Positions 30,017 to 38,634 of a stretch of 57,836 nucleotides of DNA are shown here, in pieces. The stretch's first letter is position 1; the number at the start of each line of letters is the position of its first letter. The notes under the pieces are model-generated. The model searched no databases and was not told the origin of the DNA. It saw nothing but the letters and a program-made list of their open reading frames with translations. The stretch covers positions 1 through 57,836 of the forward strand of contig DRJK01000167.1 of NCBI GenBank assembly GCA_011052215.1. Reading direction: 5' to 3'. This DNA comes from Gammaproteobacteria bacterium (GTDB taxonomy: Bacteria; Pseudomonadota; Gammaproteobacteria; JAADHQ01). A program made the position numbers and the translations under genes.

Positions 30017-30690
30017 GAAAAGACCCGGCCGATCTTTCCAGGCGGATAAATTATAAATTTACCAGGCAGGAATTCCTGGATCAGGCATTAACTCATCGCA
30101 GTGCCAGGAAAAAAAATAATGAACGACTGGAGTTTCTTGGTGACAGTATATTAAGCCTGGTTATTACCGGTTATCTTTTCAATGAGTTTGAAAATGCGCA
30201 GGAAGGTGAACTTAGCAGACTGCGATCCAGCCTGGTTAAGGGTGAAAAGCTGGCTGAACTGGCAAGAAAGATTAATCTTGGTGATTACATGGTATTGGGG
30301 ACAGGTGAACTGAAAAGCGGAGGGTTTCGCAGGTCATCAATCCTTGCGGATACACTTGAGGCAGTAATGGGTGCGGTTTATCTTGATTCTGATTTTGAGC
30401 GATGCAGGAAAGTCATTCTGGCCTTGTATGAAGACGAACTGATTAATCTGTCAAGCAGTACATCCTTCAAGGATAATAAAACACAGATACAGGAATACCT
30501 TCAATCAAGGCAGTTGCCCTTACCAAAATATCGTGTTGTAGAGCTGACCGGCAACCCCCACGATCAGACTTTTATTGTTGAGTGCGCAGCAACTGGACTG
30601 GATATGGTCATTACCGGCACAGGTTCGAGCAGGCGCAGGGCAGAACAGCATGCAGCATCCAGAATTCTTGAAAAAATAAAAGATGAATGA
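30013..30690 (+). CDS. rnc: Ribonuclease III
   Basis: 225 aa. TTG start overlapping the upstream stop. Signature ERLEFLGDSIL. C-terminal dsRNA-binding domain. Confidence 0.95.
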   Translation: MRKDPADLSRRINYKFTRQEFLDQALTHRSARKKNNERLEFLGDSILSLVITGYLFNEFENAQEGELSRLRSSLVKGEKLAELARKINLGDYMVLGTGELKSGGFRRSSILADTLEAVMGAVYLDSDFERCRKVILALYEDELINLSSSTSFKDNKTQIQEYLQSRQLPLPKYRVVELTGNPHDQTFIVECAATGLDMVITGTGSSRRRAEQHAASRILEKIKDE

Positions 30691-31588
30691 ATCAATTGAA
30701 AAATGTGGTTTCGTCGCTATTGTTGGCAGGCCTAATGTTGGCAAGTCAACCTTGATGAACAGGATGCTTGGGCAAAAAATCAGTATTACATCTAAAAAAC
30801 CTCAGACAACACGGCATAGAATATTGGGAATAAAATCAACAGAGAATTATCAGATTATATATGTCGATACGCCAGGTATGCACCTGGGGGGTAAATCTGC
30901 CATGAATCGTTACATGAACAAGGCAGCCAGTACTGTGCTGAGCGATGTAGATCTGATCCTGTTTGTAGTCGATACCAATAGATGGACTGAAGAAGACGAA
31001 AATGTGCTGAAAAAACTTCGGCATGACAGAGTGCCGGTTATACTGGTCATAAACAAGATTGACCTTATCAAACAAAAAGAAAAAATATTGCCGGTCATCT
31101 CTGAATTGGGAGATAAAATGAAGTTTTCAGATATCGTTCCTGTTTCTGCGTTTAAGAATGACAACCTGAATATCCTCGAAGAACTGGTAGTGAATTGTAT
31201 ACCGGAAGGCAACCCATTATTTCCGGTAGAACAGGTGACCGATAAATCAGAGCGGTTTATGGCATCAGAGATTGTCCGGGAGAAGCTCATGCGAAGGCTT
31301 CAGCAGGAGTTACCCTATTCATTGACGGCAGAAATTGAGCGATTTTCTCTAGAGAAGAATATTTTATATATAGATTCGATAATCTGGGTTGAACGTGAAA
31401 GTCAAAAGAAAATAGTTATCGGTAAATCGGGCAGTGTTTTAAAAGATGTGGGCAAGGCTGCAAGAAAAGATATGCAACATGCATTTGGTCACAAGGTTCA
31501 TCTGCAACTTTGGGTCAAGGTCAAGGAAGGCTGGTCCGATAGTGAAAATTTACTGAAACGTATGGGCTATGATGATGTTTCAATCTGA
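30683..31588 (+). CDS. era: GTPase Era
   Basis: 301 aa. GRPNVGKSTL, DTPG and NKID motifs, and a C-terminal KH domain. Overlaps the rnc stop. Confidence 0.96.
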   Translation: MNESIEKCGFVAIVGRPNVGKSTLMNRMLGQKISITSKKPQTTRHRILGIKSTENYQIIYVDTPGMHLGGKSAMNRYMNKAASTVLSDVDLILFVVDTNRWTEEDENVLKKLRHDRVPVILVINKIDLIKQKEKILPVISELGDKMKFSDIVPVSAFKNDNLNILEELVVNCIPEGNPLFPVEQVTDKSERFMASEIVREKLMRRLQQELPYSLTAEIERFSLEKNILYIDSIIWVERESQKKIVIGKSGSVLKDVGKAARKDMQHAFGHKVHLQLWVKVKEGWSDSENLLKRMGYDDVSI

Positions 31589-31594
31589 CAGGAA

Positions 31595-32293
31595 ATGAAC
31601 GAGTCAACACAGGCAGCCTATATCCTCCATGTAAGAAGCTATCGGGAAAGTAGCGGGCTGATTGACTATCTCACCCATGATGCTGGTCGAATAACGTTAC
31701 TGGCTAAAGGTTACAAGTCAAACACGAAATCAAGGAAGTTATTTTTACAGCCATTCAGAAAGCAGACCATATCCTGGCGAGGAAAAGGAGAACTCAAGAC
31801 ACTCGATTTTGCCGAAGAGCTGGGATGTCCGGTGCTTTTGGAGGGGTGGTCCTTGATGAGTGGTTTTTACATCAATGAGTTAATGACTCGACTTCTGCAA
31901 CCTCTGGATCCGCATCCCGAATTATTTGAACTTTATGAAGATACGATCATATCCCTGTCCCGATTTGATAATCTTGAAGCCATACTCAGAAAATTTGAAC
32001 GTAATATACTGGAAATGATGGGCTACGGCCTGCAGCTGAATACTTCAGATGACGGGGAAGAGATTGACCCTGAAGTGGAATATGATTATCTTTTTGAAAC
32101 AGGACCGGTCAGATCGAAGGGTGAAGGGTATGGCAACATGATGGTATCCGGCAAAACACTTCTATCATTATACCGTGGACAGTTTGATGACCGTCAAGTG
32201 TTAAAAGAAAGCAAGGCCTTGATGAGATTTATTATTGCCAGGTACATCGGCGACAGACCATTGAAGACAAGGGAATTATTCAAGTACTATTAA
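31595..32293 (+). CDS. recO: DNA repair protein RecO
   Basis: 232 aa. Lies directly after era. N-terminal OB-fold-like AYILHVRSYRESS. Confidence 0.85.
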   Translation: MNESTQAAYILHVRSYRESSGLIDYLTHDAGRITLLAKGYKSNTKSRKLFLQPFRKQTISWRGKGELKTLDFAEELGCPVLLEGWSLMSGFYINELMTRLLQPLDPHPELFELYEDTIISLSRFDNLEAILRKFERNILEMMGYGLQLNTSDDGEEIDPEVEYDYLFETGPVRSKGEGYGNMMVSGKTLLSLYRGQFDDRQVLKESKALMRFIIARYIGDRPLKTRELFKYY

Positions 32294-32398
32294 CATGGCT
32301 GTTCCGTTAATTGTATGAAACGCGTATCCGTATTGCTCAATTTAGCACTTCTTGGCAAGTCTTGACTATATTCGTTACAGGTTGGCCGGACAGTAGTG
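32294..32398 (+). mobile_element. MITE-like element family 1, copy f (short form, divergent)
   Basis: 105 bp. CATGGCTGTTCCGTTAATTGTATGAAACGCGTAT ... TTCGTTACAGGTTGGCCGGACAGTAGTG. Perfect 9-bp direct repeats TACTATTAA at 32285..32293 and 32399..32407. Confidence 0.8.
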
Positions 32399-32432
32399 TA
32401 CTATTAATGTAAATCAGCAGGTAACTGTGAAT

Positions 32433-33173
32433 ATGACAAATAAAATATTGCTGGGTGTGAATATTGATCATGTAGCCTCGATGAGACAGGCTAGGGGAAC
32501 GCGATACCCTGATCCGATGCATGCTGCCCATCTTGCTGAACAGGCAGGTGCTGATGCCATCACCATACATCTGCGTGAGGATCGCAGACATATCCAGGAT
32601 GCCGACGTGAATATCCTGAAAAGGACTATTCAAACCAGGATGAATCTGGAGATGGCTGTTACAGAGGAAATGCTTGGTATTGCCGAAAAAATAATACCGG
32701 AAGATTGTTGCCTGGTACCGGAAAAGAGAGAAGAATTGACGACTGAAGGAGGCCTTGATGTTATGGCCAATTTCAATGTTATTCGTGATGCCTGTGATCG
32801 ATTGTCAAATGCAGGTATCAGGGTTTCCCTGTTCATCGATGCCGATCAGAATCAAATCGAGGCAGCCTCAAATGCAGGCGCATCTGTTGTTGAAATTCAT
32901 ACAGGGCATTTTGCAAATGCAAGCGGATCCCGGCAGGCTAAAAATGAATATGTAAAAATCGTTAATGCAGTACAGGCCGGTATTGATGCAGGGTTACAGG
33001 TTAATGCAGGCCATGGATTGCATTATCATAATGTCAGGGAAATAGCGGCAATAAATGAGATAGCAGAGCTGAATATTGGCCATGCTATTGTAGCGCGCGC
33101 GTTGTTTACCGGATTTGAACAGGCCGTTCGTGAAATGAAAAGCCTGATGATGGAAGGTCGTTCGCCTGGATAA
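32433..33173 (+). CDS. pdxJ: Pyridoxine 5'-phosphate synthase
   Basis: The ORF-track start 32427 is GTG. ATG 32433 gives [22 protein letters not shown], the PdxJ N-terminal signature. 246 aa. Confidence 0.95.
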   Translation: MTNKILLGVNIDHVASMRQARGTRYPDPMHAAHLAEQAGADAITIHLREDRRHIQDADVNILKRTIQTRMNLEMAVTEEMLGIAEKIIPEDCCLVPEKREELTTEGGLDVMANFNVIRDACDRLSNAGIRVSLFIDADQNQIEAASNAGASVVEIHTGHFANASGSRQAKNEYVKIVNAVQAGIDAGLQVNAGHGLHYHNVREIAAINEIAELNIGHAIVARALFTGFEQAVREMKSLMMEGRSPG

Positions 33174-33221
33174 TTTACACTGACCTGACAGAGAATAATT
33201 CTTTCAGGGAGGGATGTTTAG

Positions 33222-33379
33222 GGAACCTCTGATCAATTCTTGAACTCACATCTTGCACTCGGAAAATCCAGCTTCTGTGTTGCGAATCTTCGCAATAGTT
33301 TGCTATTACATACGATTCGACGCCTTGAATCTGTATTTTCCGAGTACAATCTGCTTCGTCCAGAATCAATCAGAGGCTC
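33222..33379 (+). repeat. Palindromic repeat family 2, copy 2 (MITE-like)
   Basis: 158 bp. GGAACCTCTGATCAATTC ... GAATCAATCAGAGGCTC. Internal inverted pair TGCACTCGGAAAATCCAGCTTC / GAATCTGTATTTTCCGAGTACA. Matches the reverse complement of 1898..2055. Confidence 0.8.
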
Positions 33380-33412
33380 ACTGGTTCCTGTTTTTTATCT
33401 TTTAAAGTAAAT

Positions 33413-33675
33413 TACGGTTGTCCTGTTAACTTTATGAAGCGCATATCAATGTGAGGACATGGAATCGGCAAGCCCGATCAAGGCCGTCTGCCGCATGGAC
33501 GCGGCAGCCGAGCCGCCATGGATGGCATGTTTTGCGTGTCTTGATCCGGCTTGCCGGTTTCATGTCCGGATTGCGGGTTGGCACAAACACACTTGCCGCT
33601 TACATTTCAGCTACATTCGTCATGGGTTAACAAGACAACAGTGATGCGTTTTATAAAGTTAACGGGACAGCAGTA
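33413..33675 (+). mobile_element. MITE-like element family 1, copy g (full length plus extra arm-A terminal fragment)
   Basis: TACGGTTGTCCTGTTAAC ... CTGCCGC-ATGGAC-GCGGCAG ... GGTTAACAAGACAACAGTG, then ATGCGTTTTATAAAGTTAACGGGACAGCAGTA. Perfect 9-bp direct repeats AAAGTAAAT at 33404..33412 and 33676..33684. Confidence 0.88.
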
Positions 33676-33718
33676 AAAGTAAATATATACTGTATTAAAC
33701 CAGATCTGCTTGTAAAAT

Positions 33719-36499
33719 TCAGGCAGTCCTGTTCTCAAGTAGTTCATCAATGGTATTCAATAACTGTTCGTATTGAACGGGTATTTGATCTGTTTTGCCA
33801 CGAATGGTTATTTTTTCAAGTTTGTCAGCAGCGTTTTTAATCTGGAAAACAGCGCAGCATGATGCCGCACCATGTATTTTATGTGTCTCTTCTTCAAGTT
33901 GAGACAGATCATTTAATTTATATGCATTCACCAGCTTGTTTTTCATATTAGGGAGGTCGTCTATAAACATAGTGTACAATTCATCAGCGAGTTGCCTGTT
34001 GCCACCAGCAAAATCAATAGCTTTCCTGTTATCAATACCTTTTAGTACATGGCGGGTATAGCTATTATCACGATTGGCTGATTTCTGATTTTTATCAGGC
34101 TTGGCCATATGCGCCTGCATTGGTTTGATTTTTTCAGGAGCGACCCATTTTACAATAACACTCCATAAATCCTGTTCATGTATTGGTTTGATAAGGCAGC
34201 TATCCAGTCCGGCCTGAATCAGTCTTTCTCTTTCACCGTACACAGCATTGGCTGTTAATGCAATAATCGGTGTGTTCTTACCGACCTCGCCGGATGACTT
34301 GATAATATTACTGGCATCGATTCCATTCATTACAGGCATATGAATATCCATAAAGATCAGATCGAAATTATTTATCAGGGCCTGGTCAACAGCGTCCTGT
34401 CCCGTTGTGGCTTCAAAAACGTAGGCGTAGCTTTGCTCGAGCAGAGTCGTGATCAGTTTTCTGTTTATACGGTTATCATCAACAACAAGTATGTTGAGTG
34501 CTGACAAATCGTAGGGAATAGTAGGGATTTCCCGCTTCTCGGTATTGATTTTTACTGCAAGGTTGAAATGGTTCGGAAGGAGGCTACATAGTCCCCAGTA
34601 AAAATCTTTTTTACGCACACTCTTGGGCAGGCAAACATCTGCCCCCATTTGGTGGCAGGCATCATAGTTGGCCTGTTCCGTTGAGTTAATCAGCGTGACA
34701 AATGCATAATGATGCTCATCTATAACATTAGCCAGAATACCGGCAAGTGATTTGTTTTTCAGTTCCAGATTATTCAGGCCGAGAATAATAAATTGAAAGG
34801 GCACACGATTATTGCGGGCCTCATTGGCTATAAGCGCAACATGCTCCGGGTTGTTTGTTTCAGTGACATCAATATTCCAGCTACCTAGATGATGTAGTTT
34901 TGAATTTCGTGAATATTCATTAGAGTCATAAAGCAGGCAACGTGTTCCGGAAAGTGCATCCTGTCTTTGTACGATACCCCGCTCTTTCTGGATCTGGCAG
35001 GGAAACTGTAGCCAGAACGTAGAGCCAATTGCCAGCTTGCTTTCCATGCCAATGGAACCCTTCATCTGATCAGCTATTTTTTTGCTGATAACAAGACCTA
35101 TCCCGGCACCTCCAAATTCTCTTGTTGTTGTAGTGTCTGCCTGGCTAAATGCGGCAAACAGCTTTCTCTGGTCTTTCAGGCTTAGGCCTATTCCCGTATC
35201 CTGAACACTAATTTTAATATCGCAGGATTCTCCGTCTTCGTCCTCCAGCATTACCCTCACAATAACCTGCCCCTGCTTTGTGAATTTTATAGCATTGGCT
35301 ATAATGTTCGAAGCTACCTGACGTATTCTCATCGGGTCTGCAATAATATTTTCCGGAACATCAGAATAAAACATCAGAATAAATTCAAGTCCTTTTTCGT
35401 GTGCGGATGTTGCCATATAACTAATAACATCCTCAATTACTTCCCGCAGGTTTATGTCTGCTGGCTCAATCAGGAATCTACCTGTTTCCAGTTTGGAAAA
35501 GTCCAGGATATCATTGATAATTGCCAGCAAGTTTGTAGTGGATGTTTTTATTGTTTGGGTATGTTCAACTTGTTCTTTTGTGAGGTTGCTTCTGAGGAGC
35601 AGATTGGCAAAGCCGATAATTCCATTCATGGGGGTTCTGATTTCATGGCTCATATTCGCCATGAAGTCGGTTTTAATACGTAAGGCATCCATGGTTTTTT
35701 CTGTGGCAATATTGAGTTCCCGGTTCTTGCTCTCTATTTCTTCTAATGATTTTTGTAATTGATTGGAGCTGGATTCAATTTTCTCATGCATGTCTTCCTG
35801 AATTTCCATTAATACAGAAGTCATTGAGTTGATATCATTTTCAAGTAACCCGATCTCGTCTTTTGATGTGTCTTCAATTCGCGTGTCAAATTTACCCTGA
35901 CTGATACGATGAATGGCATTTTTCAGTTTTCCAAAAGAAAGAATGATCGAGTTTTGAAATGCAAGTGATATCAGTAAACTGAAGAAAAGACTCATTGCGG
36001 ATATAGCCATGGCTTTTGTGATAACGTCGTTTTTCCTGCTTTCAAGGCTGGCGTATGAAAAATAGGTTGTTAAATTACCCAGTATTTTATGGCGGCGATT
36101 ACGGATAGTCTGTTTGCCAGTGACGTCATAGATATCATCATTTATGACTGCCCCCTTGATTATTGAAGACGTACTGTAATAATGCTGCTTGTCCAGATTG
36201 TTTACGGAGCCAAATTTCAGGATAGTCTGATTATTGCTGTCATTGACCCGTATGGCAGACAGGTTGTTATCGTTAAGATAGGCGCGTAGAGAGTTTTTTA
36301 TTGCCGTGATATCATCGAGTGAAATGAAGTTGCCCAGATCGGCTGCAATCTGATCAGACATTCCCTGACTGCGAAAAAGAAATGTATTTTCGAGTTCCCT
36401 GAGTTGGCTACTGACCAGGGTGAATGAAACGATAACTGCTACCAGCAGGGCAGGTATTATAGAGGCCAGTATTACCTTGCTACGAAATCCCCATATCAT
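33719..36499 (-). CDS. gacS: Hybrid sensor histidine kinase of BarA/GacS architecture (TM-HAMP-HisKA-HATPase-pseudoreceiver-REC-HPt)
   Basis: 926 aa. H-box FMANMSHEIRTPMNGIIGF, G-boxes, REC with DLIFMDIHMPVMNG, and C-terminal HPt (ETHKIHGAASCC). Divergent from cysM and near rlmD, as for gacS/barA in other gammaproteobacteria. Confidence 0.8.
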   Translation of the reverse strand: MIWGFRSKVILASIIPALLVAVIVSFTLVSSQLRELENTFLFRSQGMSDQIAADLGNFISLDDITAIKNSLRAYLNDNNLSAIRVNDSNNQTILKFGSVNNLDKQHYYSTSSIIKGAVINDDIYDVTGKQTIRNRRHKILGNLTTYFSYASLESRKNDVITKAMAISAMSLFFSLLISLAFQNSIILSFGKLKNAIHRISQGKFDTRIEDTSKDEIGLLENDINSMTSVLMEIQEDMHEKIESSSNQLQKSLEEIESKNRELNIATEKTMDALRIKTDFMANMSHEIRTPMNGIIGFANLLLRSNLTKEQVEHTQTIKTSTTNLLAIINDILDFSKLETGRFLIEPADINLREVIEDVISYMATSAHEKGLEFILMFYSDVPENIIADPMRIRQVASNIIANAIKFTKQGQVIVRVMLEDEDGESCDIKISVQDTGIGLSLKDQRKLFAAFSQADTTTTREFGGAGIGLVISKKIADQMKGSIGMESKLAIGSTFWLQFPCQIQKERGIVQRQDALSGTRCLLYDSNEYSRNSKLHHLGSWNIDVTETNNPEHVALIANEARNNRVPFQFIILGLNNLELKNKSLAGILANVIDEHHYAFVTLINSTEQANYDACHQMGADVCLPKSVRKKDFYWGLCSLLPNHFNLAVKINTEKREIPTIPYDLSALNILVVDDNRINRKLITTLLEQSYAYVFEATTGQDAVDQALINNFDLIFMDIHMPVMNGIDASNIIKSSGEVGKNTPIIALTANAVYGERERLIQAGLDSCLIKPIHEQDLWSVIVKWVAPEKIKPMQAHMAKPDKNQKSANRDNSYTRHVLKGIDNRKAIDFAGGNRQLADELYTMFIDDLPNMKNKLVNAYKLNDLSQLEEETHKIHGAASCCAVFQIKNAADKLEKITIRGKTDQIPVQYEQLLNTIDELLENRTA

Positions 36500-36650
36500 G
36501 GTTAATCTGTTCTACGTTGGTTGTCCGAATAAATGACTGTTTTCGTCAGATGCGATATATAGTAACATACTGAATAATAATAACTTCCCAATATTGTACA
36601 GGTAAGCCTGCTGGTTCAGCATTTTATCTGAAAATTCAAGGAAAATTAAC

Positions 36651-37538
36651 GTGTTTCATACAATCGAAGACTTTGTTGGCGGTACACCACTGGTCCGTCT
36701 CCAGCGCCTTCCGGGTAACACCAGCAATACAGTGCTGGTAAAGCTGGAGGGTAATAACCCTGCGGGGTCGGTAAAAGACCGGCCAGCGGTCAGTATGATT
36801 CGGCACGCAGAGGAGCGGGGTCGCATCAAGCCGGGTGATACCCTGATTGAGGCAACCAGTGGCAATACTGGCATAGCGTTGGCGATGGCCGCAGCCATAA
36901 AAGGCTATAAAATGATCCTGGTTATGCCGGAACATATGAGCCTTGAGAGGAGGGCGATGATGAAGGCATTCGGTGCCGAATTATTACTGACCCCAAAAGA
37001 CGGCAGTATGGAGGCGGCAATTGACAAGGCACGTGAACTGGAAAAATCAGGTGCAGGTACCGTACTCGACCAGTTTTCGAATCAGGATAACCCATTGGCC
37101 CACTATGAAGGAACCGGGCCCGAGATCTGGCATGATACAGATGGTACGGTTACACACTTTGTCAGTGCGATGGGAACAACGGGCACCATTATGGGGAACT
37201 CCCGTTATCTGAAGGAAAAAAATAAATCTATCCAGATTATCGGTGTGCAGCCTTCAGAGGGATCGGCTATCCCGGGGATCAGGCGCTGGCCAGAAGAATA
37301 CCTGCCGGCTATTTATGACGCATCCCGGGTTGACAGGATTGTTGATGTGACCCGGCAAGAGGCCGAGGAAACAACGCTGGCACTGGCAGCAAGGGAAGGT
37401 ATATTTGCCGGTATATCATCAGGAGGTGCAGTTGCCGCTTCATTGAAGCTGTCTCATGAACTGGAGAATGCGGTTATTGTCAGCATAATATGTGACAGGG
37501 GCGATCGTTATCTTTCAACGGGTATTTTCCCGGAGTAA
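36651..37538 (+). CDS. cysM: Cysteine synthase B (O-acetylserine sulfhydrylase)
   Basis: 295 aa with GTG start. TPLVRLQRL...KLEGNNPAGSVKDRPA PLP-lysine motif and GNTGIALAM. Confidence 0.9.
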   Translation: MFHTIEDFVGGTPLVRLQRLPGNTSNTVLVKLEGNNPAGSVKDRPAVSMIRHAEERGRIKPGDTLIEATSGNTGIALAMAAAIKGYKMILVMPEHMSLERRAMMKAFGAELLLTPKDGSMEAAIDKARELEKSGAGTVLDQFSNQDNPLAHYEGTGPEIWHDTDGTVTHFVSAMGTTGTIMGNSRYLKEKNKSIQIIGVQPSEGSAIPGIRRWPEEYLPAIYDASRVDRIVDVTRQEAEETTLALAAREGIFAGISSGGAVAASLKLSHELENAVIVSIICDRGDRYLSTGIFPE

Positions 37539-37573
37539 AGTAATATTGTGAATACAGCAAGTAGATTATGAAT

Positions 37574-37808
37574 TACTGCTGTCCCGTTAACTTTTGAAGC
37601 GAGCATCAATGTGAGGGCATGAAACCGGCATAGCCAGATAAAGACCGTCTGCCGCAGGGATGCGGCAGCCGAGCGGCCAGGGATGGCATCTTTTGCGTGT
37701 CTTGATTTGGCTATGCCGGTTTCATGTCCGCAATGCCCTGTTTAGCTCAAAACCGACTTGCAGTTTACGTTTCAACTATATTTGTTATAGGTTAACGGGA
37801 CAGTAGTG
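37574..37808 (+). mobile_element. MITE-like element family 1, copy h (full length, best preserved)
   Basis: 235 bp. TACTGCTGTCCCGTTAAC ... CTGCCGC-AGGGAT-GCGGCAG ... GGTTAACGGGACAGTAGTG. Perfect 9-bp direct repeats ATTATGAAT at 37565..37573 and 37809..37817. Confidence 0.92.
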
Positions 37809-37833
37809 ATTATGAATATTAAAAATTAATGAT

Positions 37834-38610
37834 ATGAATACTTTTGTATTTGATATAGAAACCATACCCGATGTCGAGTCAGGCCGGCGGTTACTGGATC
37901 TGAAAAATCTGGATGACCATGATGTGGCCAATATAATGTTACAACGGCGAAGACAGGAAACCGGTGGTTCTGAATTTCTTCGGCATTACCTACACCGGAT
38001 CGTGGCAATATCTGCTGTATTAAAAACCAGTGACAAGGTCAAGGTGTGGTCACTGGGTGAAAAAGAGTCCTCCGAGAAGGAACTGATACAGCGATTTTTT
38101 GACGGTGTTGATAAATTTGTTCCGACACTGGTTTCGTGGAATGGCAGTGGTTTCGATCTTCCGGTTCTGCATTATCGGGCTTTATTGCATGGTGTGATCG
38201 CGCAGCGATACTGGGATACTGGCGATAATGACAGGGACTTTAAATGGAACAACTATATCAGCCGCTACCATGCCAGGCATACAGATCTGATGGATGTGCT
38301 TGCAGCGTATCAGCCCAGGGCCAATGCACCGCTGGATCAGATAGCAACCATGCTTGGTTTTCCCGGGAAGATGGGCATGAGTGGTGCCAGGGTCTGGGAA
38401 AACTATCAGGCGGGCGATATCGAAGGCATACGAAATTATTGTGAAACCGATGTCCTCAATACCTATCTTGTTTACCTGCGTTTTGAACTGATGCGAGGCA
38501 ACCTCACCGAGCAAGCCTACAACAGGGATTGCGAAAATCTTCGGAATACACTGGTTGGTGAGAACAAGGAACACCTGAACGGGTTTCTGTCTGTCTGGCA
38601 GAAACCATAA
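37834..38610 (+). CDS. Predicted 3'-5' exonuclease related to the PolB exonuclease domain
   Basis: 258 aa. N-terminal Exo I-like acidic motif FVFDIETIPD, later SWNGSGFDLPVL and YCETDVLNTY (Exo II/III-like). Confidence 0.75.
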   Translation: MNTFVFDIETIPDVESGRRLLDLKNLDDHDVANIMLQRRRQETGGSEFLRHYLHRIVAISAVLKTSDKVKVWSLGEKESSEKELIQRFFDGVDKFVPTLVSWNGSGFDLPVLHYRALLHGVIAQRYWDTGDNDRDFKWNNYISRYHARHTDLMDVLAAYQPRANAPLDQIATMLGFPGKMGMSGARVWENYQAGDIEGIRNYCETDVLNTYLVYLRFELMRGNLTEQAYNRDCENLRNTLVGENKEHLNGFLSVWQKP

Positions 38611-38634
38611 AAAAAGCCTGCCTGCGGATAAAAC

